64,000 nt of DNA from Nemertoderma westbladi (taxonomy: Eukaryota; Animalia; Xenacoelomorpha), in the NCBI GenBank assembly GCA_032718475.1, contig JAUCBJ010007311.1, positions 49,012 through 113,011 of the forward strand. Reading direction: 5' to 3'. A model generated the notes under the pieces. That model was not told the origin of the DNA, did no database searches, and saw nothing but the letters and a program-made list of their open reading frames with translations. The position numbers and the translations under genes were made by a program. This document shows, piece by piece, positions 12,183 through 25,333 of this stretch (positions are counted from its first letter, which is position 1; the number at the start of each line of letters is the position of its first letter).

Positions 12183-13324
12183 GGAGAAGTGGAGAAAATC
12201 TATCCGCAATAATAAAATGTATGACTCGAATAATTGTCATTGTCACTTTCCACTGGTTTTGCTTTGGTAACAACCTATCATTGAATTTGGTTAATACCAA
12301 ATTGTTACCTACAATACTCAATTATCAATAGGTGTGAAACATGTACGCAACATGTTGATAACTTGATGACCTGTTTAATTCAATACTCATTCATTCCCTA
12401 TCAATACCGGTACTATATATTATCTATTCTGTAGTAATTGAAGTTGTTAAATTGAAGAATTTAACAATAAAACAACATAATATTAGTTTTTGTATTACGA
12501 TAGAGGGGGAGGGGGTGGGTGGTGGTGGTGAGGGGGGGGGGGGGGGGGGGGGGTGAATGCTAATTCAATCTGGGTGAATTAATATATTGTCTCTTTGAAT
12601 TGACAATGTTAATTGCCAATTAAGGGAAGGAGCCGGTTAGAGTGACATGTTATTATAACCATTAAAACAGGTTACAGTTTTTGTAACGTTTTAGTAAATC
12701 AGCTGTTATTCACGTGGATTATCCTCTGGAGGGGGGTAACTCCCCCTTACTTTCTAAACTTCTGTTTCTCGTTTCAATATCTCACAGAAACATCTAGAAT
12801 ACTGATATTTTCTATTATTATACATTTTATACATTATTTAATATTATTTATTGATATTGATATTATTTGTCAATGCGGGAAAATGTTAATCGCCTTCATA
12901 TCACCCAGGAAAACCATTTTGATTGTTAGCGGATCCAATCCGCTGCACCACCTAGCGGAAAATGAGGAAAGTCGTGATTTACCAATTACGATTAGATATG
13001 CAATATTACATACCAGAGGGAACGAGGCAATATACACTGCTAGCTAGAGAGAGATGCCAATACATCTCAGGGGGAACCCAACACAGGGCCAGGAAAGACA
13101 GGGAGTGGCTAGGGGAGGTAAACCAACCAATAGTGGGGCAATACACCATCAATTAGCGCGTATCTATTGGTAGGTCAGTACAGTAAGCAATGTGTGTAAC
13201 CTAAGTGTAATGTCAATATAACTGTTACCTCAGTCTTACCTCAGAACATCTGATATATGGTGACTCAGAAGAATTATATAATTTTCTTGCAGTCCTATAT
13301 AACTCCATAAACAAGTCACACCAC

Positions 13325-15131
13325 ATGCCTACAACTTTATGTTTAACTCTCATTCTTCCACACCTCAAACCAGGAAATAGAGATATACATACCAACGAGA
13401 ATTACCGTGCTATCTCGGTGATGCCAATATTAACTAAAATATGGGAGATCCTAATAGTGAATGAAATAAAAAAGATCAGATTTAGTGATCTTCAAATGGG
13501 CTACAGAAGTGGACAAAGCACAGAGTTGCCACACATCCTAGCAAACAGATTAACAAAACATTTCAATTCCCATGGATCAAACGTGTATATTATATCCCTA
13601 GACCTTTCATCAGCTTTTGACACTGTATCTTACAAGACCCTCGTCGACAAATTGGAGAACACCAACATCGACAAATCAATCCTTCTAACTTTATCATCTT
13701 ATTACTACCAGTCAAAAGCATTTATAGCCCTGAATAACATTATATCCAGACAATTTATTGTGTTAAAGCAGGGAGTGCGCCAGGGAGGGATCATCTCTGC
13801 ATTCCTCTTTAATTTTTACATGCGAGACCTAGTCGAAGAACTCGAACAATCCGGGAAAGGACTGCACTTAAATAAAATATAATTTCCAATGCTGACATAT
13901 GCGGATGATTTAATTATTATGGCTAACCTCAAAAACGACGCACAGTTCTTGCTAACTACTTGTGAAAGTTATTTCAAAAAGCACAACCTGAGATTAAATT
14001 TGAGAAAAACATGGTTTGTCACAAGCTACACGAAACATAAGATCCCATCTGGAATGATTCCACGTAAAGATGAACAAGTGTACCTGGAGAGTGGCACTGC
14101 TATCATTCAATCGAATTTTATTTCTTTCTTGGGTCTTCCTCTACCAGCAGAAAACTGGAAGTTAAGAGACCATTACACCAAGCGCATATGGGGAAATCTG
14201 CACCAATTACAGAAGAATGGGTTTGGAGCTGACAGTGTTCCATTTGATATTACTAGACTAATATGGAATACGGTCTGCTTACCATCAGCACTTTATGGAT
14301 GTGCTTGCATTCCAAGTAACATTATAGAAGATATTAAAATAACCTGGTATAAAGCACTGAGAAGCATACTATCTGTCAAAAACTATGTATCCAACCAAAC
14401 AATAGATAGTACATTCCTCATTACAAATTTCGAATTTCTTCTAAAGTCAGCAAGTCTTCGCTCTAATTACAGCGCATTCAATTCTAATACCAAGGGGATC
14501 TATCTCTCTTATTACTTCCTTTCTCACCACATAGCGGGAATATCGAAAGATTTAATGCTACAAGATTACAGCAGATACGCATTTCAACTTGGAATTCCAT
14601 CGCTAGAAGCGCTCTCAATTAATCAATACAAAATTAAACAGATCATTTATCAGAAAAAACAAGAAGGAAAACACGACTTAATTAACACACGTTTCAGCAT
14701 TCACTTTGACGCACTATATGCAGGTAGTTTTAAATAAACCCAAGTATAATTTCAACGTAAAACATGACGTGTTAGTTGAATATTTTCAACCCAGGTGGCA
14801 AATAGTTTAGAAGCAACACATACACTGGTGTGGTACTTAGGAAAAACAATAATAGATTGGAGAATTAGAATTCCGACCACGATCTTGGGACAAAAATAAT
14901 ATATATTATATTCTGCAACCCTAAATATTTTATTCTATCGATAGAGCAAAGTATGTATAGTATAATATTCTGCTGTTTTATGTGTTTTGCAATATTTTAT
15001 CGTCTATATATACCGGTCATGTTTTGTAATATTTATAGTACCGGTCATGTGACGTTTTATATATTTGGTTTTAACATTTTAATTCAATTAAAGCCACCGG
15101 GGCCAAATCCGGGAATGAAATGAATGAATGA
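13325..15131 (+). mobile_element. 5'-truncated non-LTR retrotransposon (RT pseudogene); clade uncertain, possibly RTEX-like
   Basis: NYRAIS, QMGYR, LDLSSAFDTV, GVRQGG and YADD motifs; ORFs 13325..13882 and 13889..14737 are in one frame, split by a single TAA; (TGAA)n tail at ~15120. Confidence 0.85.
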
Positions 15132-15696
15132 TAGGGTAAATAAAATTTGTACAGTATGTAGCCCTACTTACGTAATTTTATAATAAAACCCTAGTATATT
15201 CATTTGCGGTGGCAAACTTCTATGAAACAAAATATGAATTTGCCGGTTTGTAATAACTATCGTATCTAGTACTTATTTGTGCTAATTTCATTTCTATTTC
15301 TCTATAAATCGATGTGTGTACTAAAATAACGCCAGAATTGTGCTTTTAAGAGACTTCATTAAATTAAATAATCGCCAAATTAAGTTAAGGTGATTATGTG
15401 CTTCTGCCCACTGGTTGGTCGAAAATCCAGCTGAGACAACTCTGGATATCGCCTGATCATGTGAGTAGTTTTAGACATTGCATCATTCTTACAGTTTAGC
15501 AGTTAGCCATCTTTTATCTTTGTATTTTGTACTTCCGTTGATTGTAAAACTTGCTGTTTTCTTCTATGATTTGTGACTTTTGCAATGATTACTGCTTAGT
15601 CTGACTCTTGATTTGATTTCTTGTTGTCAATTATAATTCACTGGAATGTAGTCAATCTAAATCAATGCTTTGTTTCTTCGACAGTCTGACTGTTTG

Positions 15697-16256
15697 TGTG
15701 ACGGGATCTACGGATCCCGGTTTATCCGTTTGGGTTTTCTATCTACGCGTCCCCGCCGTGTATATGAAAAGGTTCGTTAAGAGTTCTGATGTTCGGTAAT
15801 ATGTATAAAGGTATAATAGTCTGATATAGCACAGTTGAAATGGATGACACGGTTACCGGTAGATAAGTACTACATGTGATGGCGGTAGCGGACGGTGATA
15901 GAAGTCACCGTTCCACCCTACTGAGCTGACTGAGTAAACTGAATAACTGATTGCATCGACCGGTAATATATATTGCACGGTTTGGCCTTGTTACAGTACC
16001 TAGTCGATGCTCCCCCCCTGATTGGCTAATATCCCACTTCTCGCCCTTTCACCTTCCCTGGTGTGTTTCCCGTTGCCCCTGTTGTTCTCTCTCTGTTAGG
16101 GGTTTGGCCCCTGACCCTTATTGTGTGTTTCTCCTTCCCACTTTATTGGGGTGACACGAGGTTGATATTGGTAATCAACCTCGTGCTCCCAATATTGCTT
16201 TACGGTTTAATGGCTCACTTTATGGGGTTTGGTGAGGCGGAATTGATTCGCTAACA
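15697..16256 (-). repeat. 3' LTR (type A)
   Basis: Two substitutions seen relative to 32243-32802; directly preceded on the minus strand by the PPT GGGGGGGAG (16257-16265). Confidence 0.96.
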
Positions 16257-16613
16257 CTCCCCCCCATGCTATCTTCCCGGTGAGAAGATAGCATCAACCA
16301 CTAAGTGCGCTTCAATTCCGCTGGAACTCGATCTATTATCGGGTGTGGGGTGGATCTATTTTCTTGGAGTCGGCTTTCCGGGCCGCTCCCTATGGGTATG
16401 ATGTCACTACCCTCTGGCGTCTCGTGTCGGGCCGATCGTGCGCTTCTCTCACACAATTTTTGTTTCCCCAACACTCTCACCACTCTAACTCCGCTCTCTA
16501 ACTCAACTCCCCGGTCTTACTCTCTCCCCACACCTGAATCGCACTCTAACTCTCTCGCCAACGGCTCCTCTCAATCAACCCCGGTATAAACCCCTGTATA
16601 GGGGTTTAATTAC

Positions 16614-17151
16614 TGTGACGGGATCCAGGAAGGATCCCGGTTGTTTAGTTCACGCGTCCCCGCCGTGTGTGAAAGGTAAAAAGAGTTCGTGTCGTTCGTC
16701 GTATATAATAATCGGCTGTACGGGTATATAGATATAGGTATAGATATAGATAATGTTGTCATACACGGAAGGCGGGATACGGTAATTAAAGTCCCGGTCC
16801 TTCCCTAGCTAAACTAACTAACCTAACTAGCACCAATATGATACTGAGATAACTGAACTGAAATGATTACTGCCAACTGGCTATATTGCACGGTTGGCCT
16901 TGTTACTCTACCTAATCGATGCCTTTCCCCCCCCTGATTGGTTGATACCCTTGTTGGCGCCCTTTGGAGTGTTCCCGTTCACTCCACCTGTTCTCTCTTG
17001 GTTAGGGGTTTTGGCCCCTGACCCTCATTGTGTGTTTCTCCTTCCCATTTTGTTGGGGTGGCACGAGTGATTGATTACTCAATCTCGTGGCCCCCAATAT
17101 TGCTTATCGGCTTAACTTTATGGGGTGTTAGCGGGATTGAATAAGCTAACA
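16614..17151 (-). repeat. Internal diverged LTR (type B), 538 bp
   Basis: Same termini as LTR A (TGTGACGGGATC...GCTAACA) and shared internal blocks; has its own PPT (17152-17159). Confidence 0.9.
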
Positions 17152-17891
17152 CTCCCCCCATGCTATCTTCCCGGTGAGAAGATAGCATCCACCTTAAAGT
17201 GCGCTACAATCCCGCTGGATCCCGATCTAGTATCGGGTGTGGGGTGGAATTCTTTTCTCTCGGAGCCGGCTTTCCAGGCCGCTCCCTATGGGTATGACAA
17301 CGCTACCCTGTATGCCTGGCGTCCCATGTCGGGCCGATCGCGCTCACCTCTCACGCGATTTTTGTTTCCCCAACACTTTCGGCCTATCTCTTCTCCACTC
17401 TCACCCTAACTCTCGCATACCCTCGGACCTCCTCGTCCCTCACTCAGCATCTTATTCCTCCCCCTCCACACTAGAATTGCATCCGCACTCTCTCCGCGCT
17501 TCGCACTATCACTCCGTCCCTCAACCCCACTTTGACTATCTCATCCCTTCTGACGAATCTCACCCCCCCTCGCATGCCGTCGCACTCAAGAAGTGTGAAA
17601 TCGTCTGGTGTCTCGTCCATAGTGCCATAGTCAGTTTACCCCCCAGTCCCAGTGGCTAATTGAGAAAGGTTGTATGACTATAGTACTTACTTCGAACATA
17701 TATTTTATTGCTAAACTACTGATTACTACGTACGTACATATAATTACACTTATTTTATTATTTTGCATCAGTTTAATTTGTACTTAATAGTTCGTACGTC
17801 CCACGCGGCGCCTTCCAGGCGTACCACGTCCAAGTCTCAGTTTCTGTCCCCCGGCCCTGGGAACCTATTTGTCCCTCTGGAGATAGTTCCC

Positions 17892-19250
17892 TCAGGCGTC
17901 CTCTTCCCTGGGTCGTTTCTTGGTTATTACCGCTCCTCTGGGATCCGCTTTCTGCTTTCGGACTTTCGCCGCCACCTCCCTGCTGATTCCGGTTGTTGGC
18001 TCCTTGGGCGCTGATGTTATTAGTGCCCGATATCGCTTCGCCGGTGGCCCCTCCGAGTGGCCCTGTTGTCTCCCCCTGGTGGCGTCCCATAGGATCATCT
18101 TCATTGCTCGCGGCACGTGCTCCGCCAAGAAATCCCTAAACTCCCCTCGGTTCTGTGGCGTCCACCTGTCCAAATATCTTTGTGTATTCATCACTCCGGC
18201 ATACGACGCCGCCGTTGCTACCTCTTGATAGGTAAACGGTAGCCTCCGCTTTATGATTTCCATGTGAGCCTCCTGATTGATAAGGAAGAAACCCCACTTG
18301 AACTCCTGGGCCTTCATGCGCTGGCGCGTCATGGCCCTGACGTCGGCCCACTCCTAGAATCTTCTGAACTTCTCTTCGTCGTCCATCCCGTCGCACTGGC
18401 GTCCGTAGTGCCCCCGAAAGTTGCACTTTGGACATCGGTTATGCAACCGTGGACTCGCCCCCATCCTGTGGCTCGACTCTCGGCAGTAGAGACAAAAGGT
18501 TCCCTTTTGGAACCGGTACAAGCAGCTCCTTTCCTGGTGGGTCTGTCTCCCACAGTAGTCGCAACCGAGTACCAATGTCTCCCGCCCCACGTCGTCTTTC
18601 GTCCCAAGCGATCTCCGCGGTCTGTGGAGTCGCTGGTAGGCGAACTTCTGGACGTTAGCGTCCCTGTCTACGTCGATCTCCTCGCCCCTCCCGGGCATCG
18701 TCTCTCCGAATACTACCCATGGTGCCGTCCCCGGTTGCTTGCCCAACCTGATAGTGCTCCCCGCGAAATCCATCGCCGGCTCCTCGTGCACCCAGGTCCG
18801 CTTGCCGGATCTGTCCCAGAAGGCTCTCGCCCCACTGGCCGTCACCACCCTCCCGCCAACCCAGTCCGTGTCCGAGTGGCCTATCCTCTCGATGGGCGGC
18901 ATCTCTCCGAACTCGTCGTCGTCCTCGTCCTCCTCTCGCAGTGGTCCCAACCCCGGTATCCCGGTGGACCCACTATGTCCCTTCCCGCCTTGGTTCTTGC
19001 CCGTAACTCTCCATTCCTCAAGCTCCCCTAGCTTCCTTTGCGGTTGATCGCCCTCGGCGCCCGCTGGTATGGGCATCGCTTGCAATCCCGACGTCGACTG
19101 TCTCGGTGATCCCACCGTCAACCCCAGTTCTTTCCCTAGAGACTCCCCCGAACTCCCTGACGAAGCCCAACGAAGTTCGTCTAAGGTCGTTTGTTCCTCA
19201 AAGCCGTAGCTCTGCGCCCTAGCTTCCTCCTCCCTCTCCTCTGCTTCTCT
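17892..19250 (-). pseudogene. Accessory ORF in the env position with tandem CCHC zinc knuckles, interrupted by stops
   Basis: ORFs 18354..19121 and 17892..18332 share a frame (one TAG between them); knuckles CDYCGRQTHQERSC, degenerate CLYCRESSHRMGAS and CPKCNFRGHYGRQC; frame stays open upstream to a TGA near 19256. Confidence 0.7.
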
Positions 19251-19669
19251 CCTCTCTCACAAGTTTGCCTGCCATCTCGAACTCTGCCCGATCGCTCACC
19301 CGTAGGTGGTGCCTTGCCAAGGCGCAAACGTGATGAGTGATGGGTTTAGGTGGTTTAAGTTCAGTTCGATGGCCTATCTCTTTCTGAATTTCTGAGTTAT
19401 TGCCTATTCTTACTACTGTTACCATAATTTGTTCCCCTTCTTAGCCCTATTCTTATTCTAATTTTTTTTTATTTTAATCCTACTGTCCTATTACTTGCTA
19501 CTGCCTATGGATTATTCTATCTCCTAATCCACATTCTGGCCTACTCTGTGGGCCTGTGCAGTACAGCAGTATATGTCGCGCGGCCTACACGATCTATCCA
19601 ACTGTACTCAAATGCCCCCCTCTCGCTACTAACTGCTAACTAATATCTATATCTTATATACCCTTCTAC

Positions 19670-20230
19670 CTCTTACTCTCTCTCTAACTAACGGTACTAC
19701 GTACCCTCTAACTCTTACTCTCTCTCTAACTAACGGTACTACGTACCCTCTAACTCTTACTCTCTCTCTAACTAACGGTACTACGTACCCTCTAACTCTT
19801 CTCTAACTAACGGTACTACGTACCCTCTAACTCTTACTCTCTCTCTAACTAACGGTACTACGTACCCTCTAACTCTTACTCTAACTAATGGTACTACGTA
19901 CCCTCTAACTCTTACTCTCTCTCTAACTAACGGTACTACGTACCCTCTAACTCTTACTCTAACTAACGGTACTACGTACACTCTAACTCTTCTCTAACTA
20001 ACGGTACTACGTACCCTCTAACTCTTACTCTAACTAACGGTACTACGTACCCTCTAACTCTCTAACTAACAGTACTACGTACCCTCTAACTCACGGTACT
20101 ACTTACCCTCTAACTCTCTCCTAACTAACTAACTAACTCTAGGTACTACGTACCTCCTAACTAACTAACTAACTAACTCTAGGTACTACGTACCTCCTTA
20201 CTGACTAACTTCTGCCTACTAACTGCGTAC
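19670..20230. repeat. Tandem repeats (CTAACTAACGGTACTACGTACCCTCTAACT...) in the spacer between pol and the accessory ORF
   Basis: Directly visible; each unit carries the small inverted repeat GGTAC-TAC-GTACC. Confidence 0.85.
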
Positions 20231-20350
20231 CTACTATGTACTATTATTTTATTTTTATTTTCTAATTTTTTTGTGTGGGGAGGGCGTCTCACCCTCAATC
20301 CCACCCCCCTCAGTCCAAAGCTTGGACGACTAAACTCTACTCTAACTCCA

Positions 20351-23300
20351 CTAAGGTGCCCCTTCTAACAGACAGCATTTCCCTACAGCTCTCCTGTAGG
20401 TTTTTCTGTCCTTCGCACCTATCTTACCACCTATCCGCACTTCTACCGATCGGACTCTTCCGTCCTCATCGGAGTAAGTGCCTACAACTCTCGCCAACCG
20501 CCACTGGTTGTTGATGATAGTATCATCCGTAACGATTACGAGATCTCCCTTTCTTTACTCCCTATTCGGCTTCCTCCATTTGCTTCTTTTATGGAGCGTG
20601 GGTAGGTATTCTTCGACCCACCTCCTCCAATACTCTGCGCTTATTGCTTTTGCGACTTTCCAACTCTGGCGGGAGTGTATGTCGTCTGGATCCACACCCC
20701 GCATGTCGATGGTCGCTGGCCTTTCCATTAGAAAATGGCTAGGCGTCAGCACGTCTAGTGACTCAGGGTCATCATTCTCCTGATATAGCGGTCTGCTATT
20801 AATGATACCCTCACACTTCGCTAGTACTGTTCTCAAGACGTCCTCTGTGACCATGTGGGTGTTCATTAGCTTCGTCATTAGACGCTTTGAACTGCCCACC
20901 AGTCTCTCGACGCATCCTAGTGTATGTGGTGCATACGGCGTCCTTCTCTCCCACTTTACTTGTCGTCGTCTCATGGCCGCCCTGACTTCCTCCCCTTCTA
21001 AGATGTCCAAGGCCTCTGCCATCTCATTCTCTGCCCCCACAAAATTGGTGCCGTTGTCGCTGTATATCACTGCGATCGTCCCACCTTTGCGGTCTCTAAA
21101 CCTTTCTAAAGCATTAATGAATGCTGATGCGGTTGCATCTTGGGCGAGTTCTATCCCTACTGCCCGTGTGTTGTTACATACGAAGATGATACCGTAGCGT
21201 TTCTCCGTGTGCCGCATCACCTTGATCTTTATCGGCCCGAACATGTCCACACCGCAATGCGTAAATGGCGGGTTGTGCTGTCTTACTCTACTCGCTGGTA
21301 GTGGCGCCATCTCTTGTATGGCTCGCTCCTTCTTCGCTCGTCGGCAGGTCTGGCACTGCCCCACGACCGCTTTTACCTTCTTCCTCAACTGTTTGACCCA
21401 AAAGGTCCTCCTTATCTCCGTGAGAGTTCTGTTGGTGCCCCCGTGCAATATCGACTTATGGGAGTCCCAGATAAGCTGGTGGACTATTGGCGATCCTGTG
21501 GGAATGATGATGGGTTTCGGTGGTACGATTATGCTGTTGTTGTATCCCACCCTAGAATTCATTACTAGAATCCCGTCGTCATTAAGTTGTGGCGACAGCG
21601 TGATCAGATCGCTGTCCCGTCGAAGGTGCTGTTGGTTACCGACGCGTTCCACCTCGTCGCCATAGTTCTTCCGTTGTTCATAGCGGATGACTGCCTTGGC
21701 CGCTCCTTCCAGATCTATTGTTGTCCTGATCTTCTTGTCCTTGCCAACTCCCACGAGGAAATTCCCGAAGGCTCTCCAGTACGCCACTAATTTCTTGGTC
21801 TTATACCAACTAGAACTGTAGCTGAGGAGTTTATCCGTCGGGTTATCGCATAGTTCTTGTTTTGGTTGCACGTCCCTAATCTCCCTCACCATCTGGGAGT
21901 ATATCTCTTCTCCCTCTGAATCTCCTTCTTCTCCCTCTGACACTACTTCTGAGCCCGGGTCTACCTTTCTCATCGGCGGCCAGGCCTCCTTATCGCTCAG
22001 AAATTGTGGCCCATGTTGCCACAATACTTCCTTCTTCAAGAAAGTGTGGCGTACCACGCCCCTCGACAACAAGTCCGCTGGGTTCTCGTCTGTTGGGCAG
22101 TAGTGCCACCTTTCCAGTTCTGTGGTCGCCCTTATTTCGTCCACTCTATTTGCGACGAATATCGGGTATCTCGTCCTTTCGTTATGTAGCCAACCAAGCA
22201 CTACCATGGAGTCCGTCCAGTAGTGTGTCTCCACTATGTTGGGAATAGTATCCACTAGGTAGGCTGTGGCTCTAACTCCTAGTCTCGCAGCTGTCAATTC
22301 TAACTTGGGAACTGATGCTGAGCTGAGCTGATGCTGAGCTGTCTCTCTGTTCCACACGATTCCCAATGCCTTCTGTTGAGATTCTGTTCTCTTGTTCGCC
22401 ATGTCCTGCCCTTTGGCTGTTGTGGGATTATCCATGGTCGATTCTGGTCTCTTGTCCTCTATCGCCTTAATAAATTCTTCCGAACTGGATTGGAATTTGG
22501 TCAGGTTAAAGCCGGATCCTTTTAGGATGTCGCAAACCTCGCGCCCTGTGTCCAGTATCTCCTTAACCGTATTTCCAGTCTCCATTCCGTCGTCTACGTA
22601 GAAGCCGCGTCGAATCATATCAACGGCCCTAGTGCTGTATCTATCTTCCTTCCCCTTCACTGTGTCTCTCACTGCCATAGTCGTCGTAAATGAAGACGAC
22701 TTGGCCCCCATGTTTTGTACTACCATCTTATATGCCGGTATTATCGACGGTTCTTCCTCGCCGTTATACCATAAGAAGCGTTGACTGTCGCTATCTTCTT
22801 CCGTTACACGGACTTGGTTGAACATGCCTTCTATGTCACACGTGAAGGCGTGTTTCCCATCCTGAATCTAAGTAGGACCTCTATGCCCGAGTTGTATATG
22901 TTTGGACCTTCTAACAGATAGTCGTTTAGGCATTTTCCGTTGGTCTTTGCCGATGCGTCAACTACCATCCGCAGTTTACCTTTCTTTGGGTTTAGAGCCA
23001 CGTGGAATGGCAGGCACTCCGCCTGCGTCAAGTTTTTTGTTAGTATCTCGTTACTATACATGCGCCGAAACTGTAGATATTCTTCCGGCCTACTCCCATC
23101 GAACTTGAATGGTTACACGGGTGGTAACTCGATCCTCGTTTTCAACGCATCGATCAACGTGGCCATCCCCATCGCCTGTGCTTCCAATGGGTTCGATGGA
23201 TGTTGTATAGTTTCTCCTGTCTGGTGCGGTCCGTCTGTCCTATTTCCACCTCTCCTTTGACTTGGATATGTCATCGGGGGTAGCGGCCCCCTCCATATTT

Positions 23301-25333
23301 CTGTGTCGCACGACCTATTTTCATCCAAGGGTCTCGTTGTTCTTGCTCCTATCGGGGTATATTGTTGATATTGTGATGGGGGAATGTCACCCTGTCCCCC
23401 CCCCACCGGTATGTTTGGTACTGGGGTTGATGTTAATATGTTGGGGCCCATACACCTATCCGCAATAATTCCCCCCTCCCCTGGGTATATGTTATGTCCC
23501 TGCATGCTGTAGTCATACTGCTGTACTGGTACCGGTATAGGCCTATCAGCTTCTGGCCTACTCGCCGGTATGTATTCCGCGACTTCCGGGTTTAATCCCA
23601 TTGTCCGCGCTATCCTATCGCCTACATTGCCTCTCTCAGTATGGCCTATGGTATGTGCAGTAAAGCCTACAGTATGTCCTACAGTCTGCATGTGTCGCTC
23701 GGGATCGAAGTTTATTCTTCTCGAATAATCCTCCCCGCGGCTACCGTATTCTCGATCGGTAGGTACATTCCGTCGGAAAGTTTCTCTTCGACCCCCCTCT
23801 CTACTGTTCTCGTCTTCGTACCGGTACATCGCGTACCCCTCCATCGGCGCGTAATGCGCCTCACCAGGTCGCATCTCTCCGGGGCGACGGCAATCTCCCG
23901 GAGTCCGACCCCACTGACTCTCCGTTCTCATCTCGACTACCGACGGCTCGCTATCCGTCCTCGCTCTTCTATCATTCGCGGCGATACTTCTACTACTGTC
24001 TTCTCTTCTTCTCCTTTCAGTGGAGTATTCCCGCTCGTGAGATCTCTCGTCGACCTCCCGGTTAAACCCCACTGTTCTTCTTCCCTCTTCTGATCGGGCT
24101 CGACGCTTCGTCCGCCCTCTCACGACGTCAACCCGTCCCTCTCCGCTCGGTCGCACGCCGCCGGGGATACTCGCAATCCCCCTATTACTCTCCGTCGCCG
24201 GGTGTTGCGGTTTACCTATTTCGGCCCGCGCATTATCCGCTGACGGCTGTGGGACACTCTCTGCCCCCCCCCCCTTTCGCCGCTAACTCGCTGTTGTGGG
24301 GCCCCTGTAGCCCCCCCCCCCCCACTCGCCACATCTAGCTTCGCTATCTCTCACCCCGCTACTATATCCCTCTCTAGTCGACACATCAACCCTACCGCGG
24401 TCGGGTCTATTCACCCCCGCCTCTCCCTCTGCTATTGCGTGGCCTACCAGGCCCTCTACTCCCTGCCTACCAACTACGTGGCCTACCAGGCCCTCACTGG
24501 GTCTACCCAACCCAGCCGCTCCCTGCCTACCAACTACGTGGCCTACCAGGCCCTCTCTGGGTTGGCTCAATCCCGCCACTTCCGGCCTACCAATTATACG
24601 GCCTACCAGGCCGCCGTCTGCCTGGCCATACACGCCCGACGTGTTCACGTTAATAGCACCCATATTGGAAACGGAATTAATTTGTTCGTTTGAAACAAAA
24701 TCATTTGAATTATTTTGTAAATTCGGGCTTGGATCATTATTTAAATTATTTGAATTATTATTATTTTCTAAATTTAAATTATTATTCGGATTATTTTGCA
24801 CGTTCAAATTGAAATTATTATTTGTATTTAAATTTAAATTACTGCTACTAGGTAAAGTATTATTTGCTGCAATAAAGGTTTGGTTAGAGTTATCCCATAC
24901 GGTACTATTAATATTAACGACGTCTACTGTAGCATTATTGTTATTACCCCCCCCCCCCCCCCCCCCCGCCCGTACGGTCACACCAGTTTTGGGTCTGTCG
25001 TGCGGTCCCTGTAAGTGGGGTATTAATAAATGTATCCACGGCCCCCGGCTCCTCGAAAATACTCGAGCCGGCCCCGCTTTCAGACGCCCCCGCCCGCGCC
25101 AGTTGCGGCTCGCGCGTGCGTCTAATCTTATGCTCCATAAGCTCACTTTGGCGTCTCTCTAATTCTTTTCGCTCACACTCCTCCCTTGCCATTCTCTCCC
25201 TACACTCCCGTTCGCTTTGCTCGGCCAATTCCAACTCTCTTCTAGCTCCCTCCCTTCGTCTCGCCTCACGCTCTCTGCGTTCACCCTCCTCTCTCACCTC
25301 CCGTTCTAACTGTTTCCGCTCTACCGCCGCCAT
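20351..25333 (-). pseudogene. BEL/Pao unit 2: gag N-terminus fused through a deletion to RT, partial RNase H region and integrase
   Basis: Gag ...TQAECL joins RT PFHVALNPKKGKLRMVVDAS at ~23010; stops at 23113 and 20555; frameshift near 22850; second deletion near 22330; integrase has HHCC, GVDMFGP, SDNGTNF and VERLV motifs. Confidence 0.9.

Noticed and set aside
17545-17610. Hammerhead ribozyme in the BEL 3'UTR block (CTGACGA...GAAA; also ~25817)
   Set aside because: The two core segments are complementary to each other as a plain hairpin and I could not build the three-stem junction.
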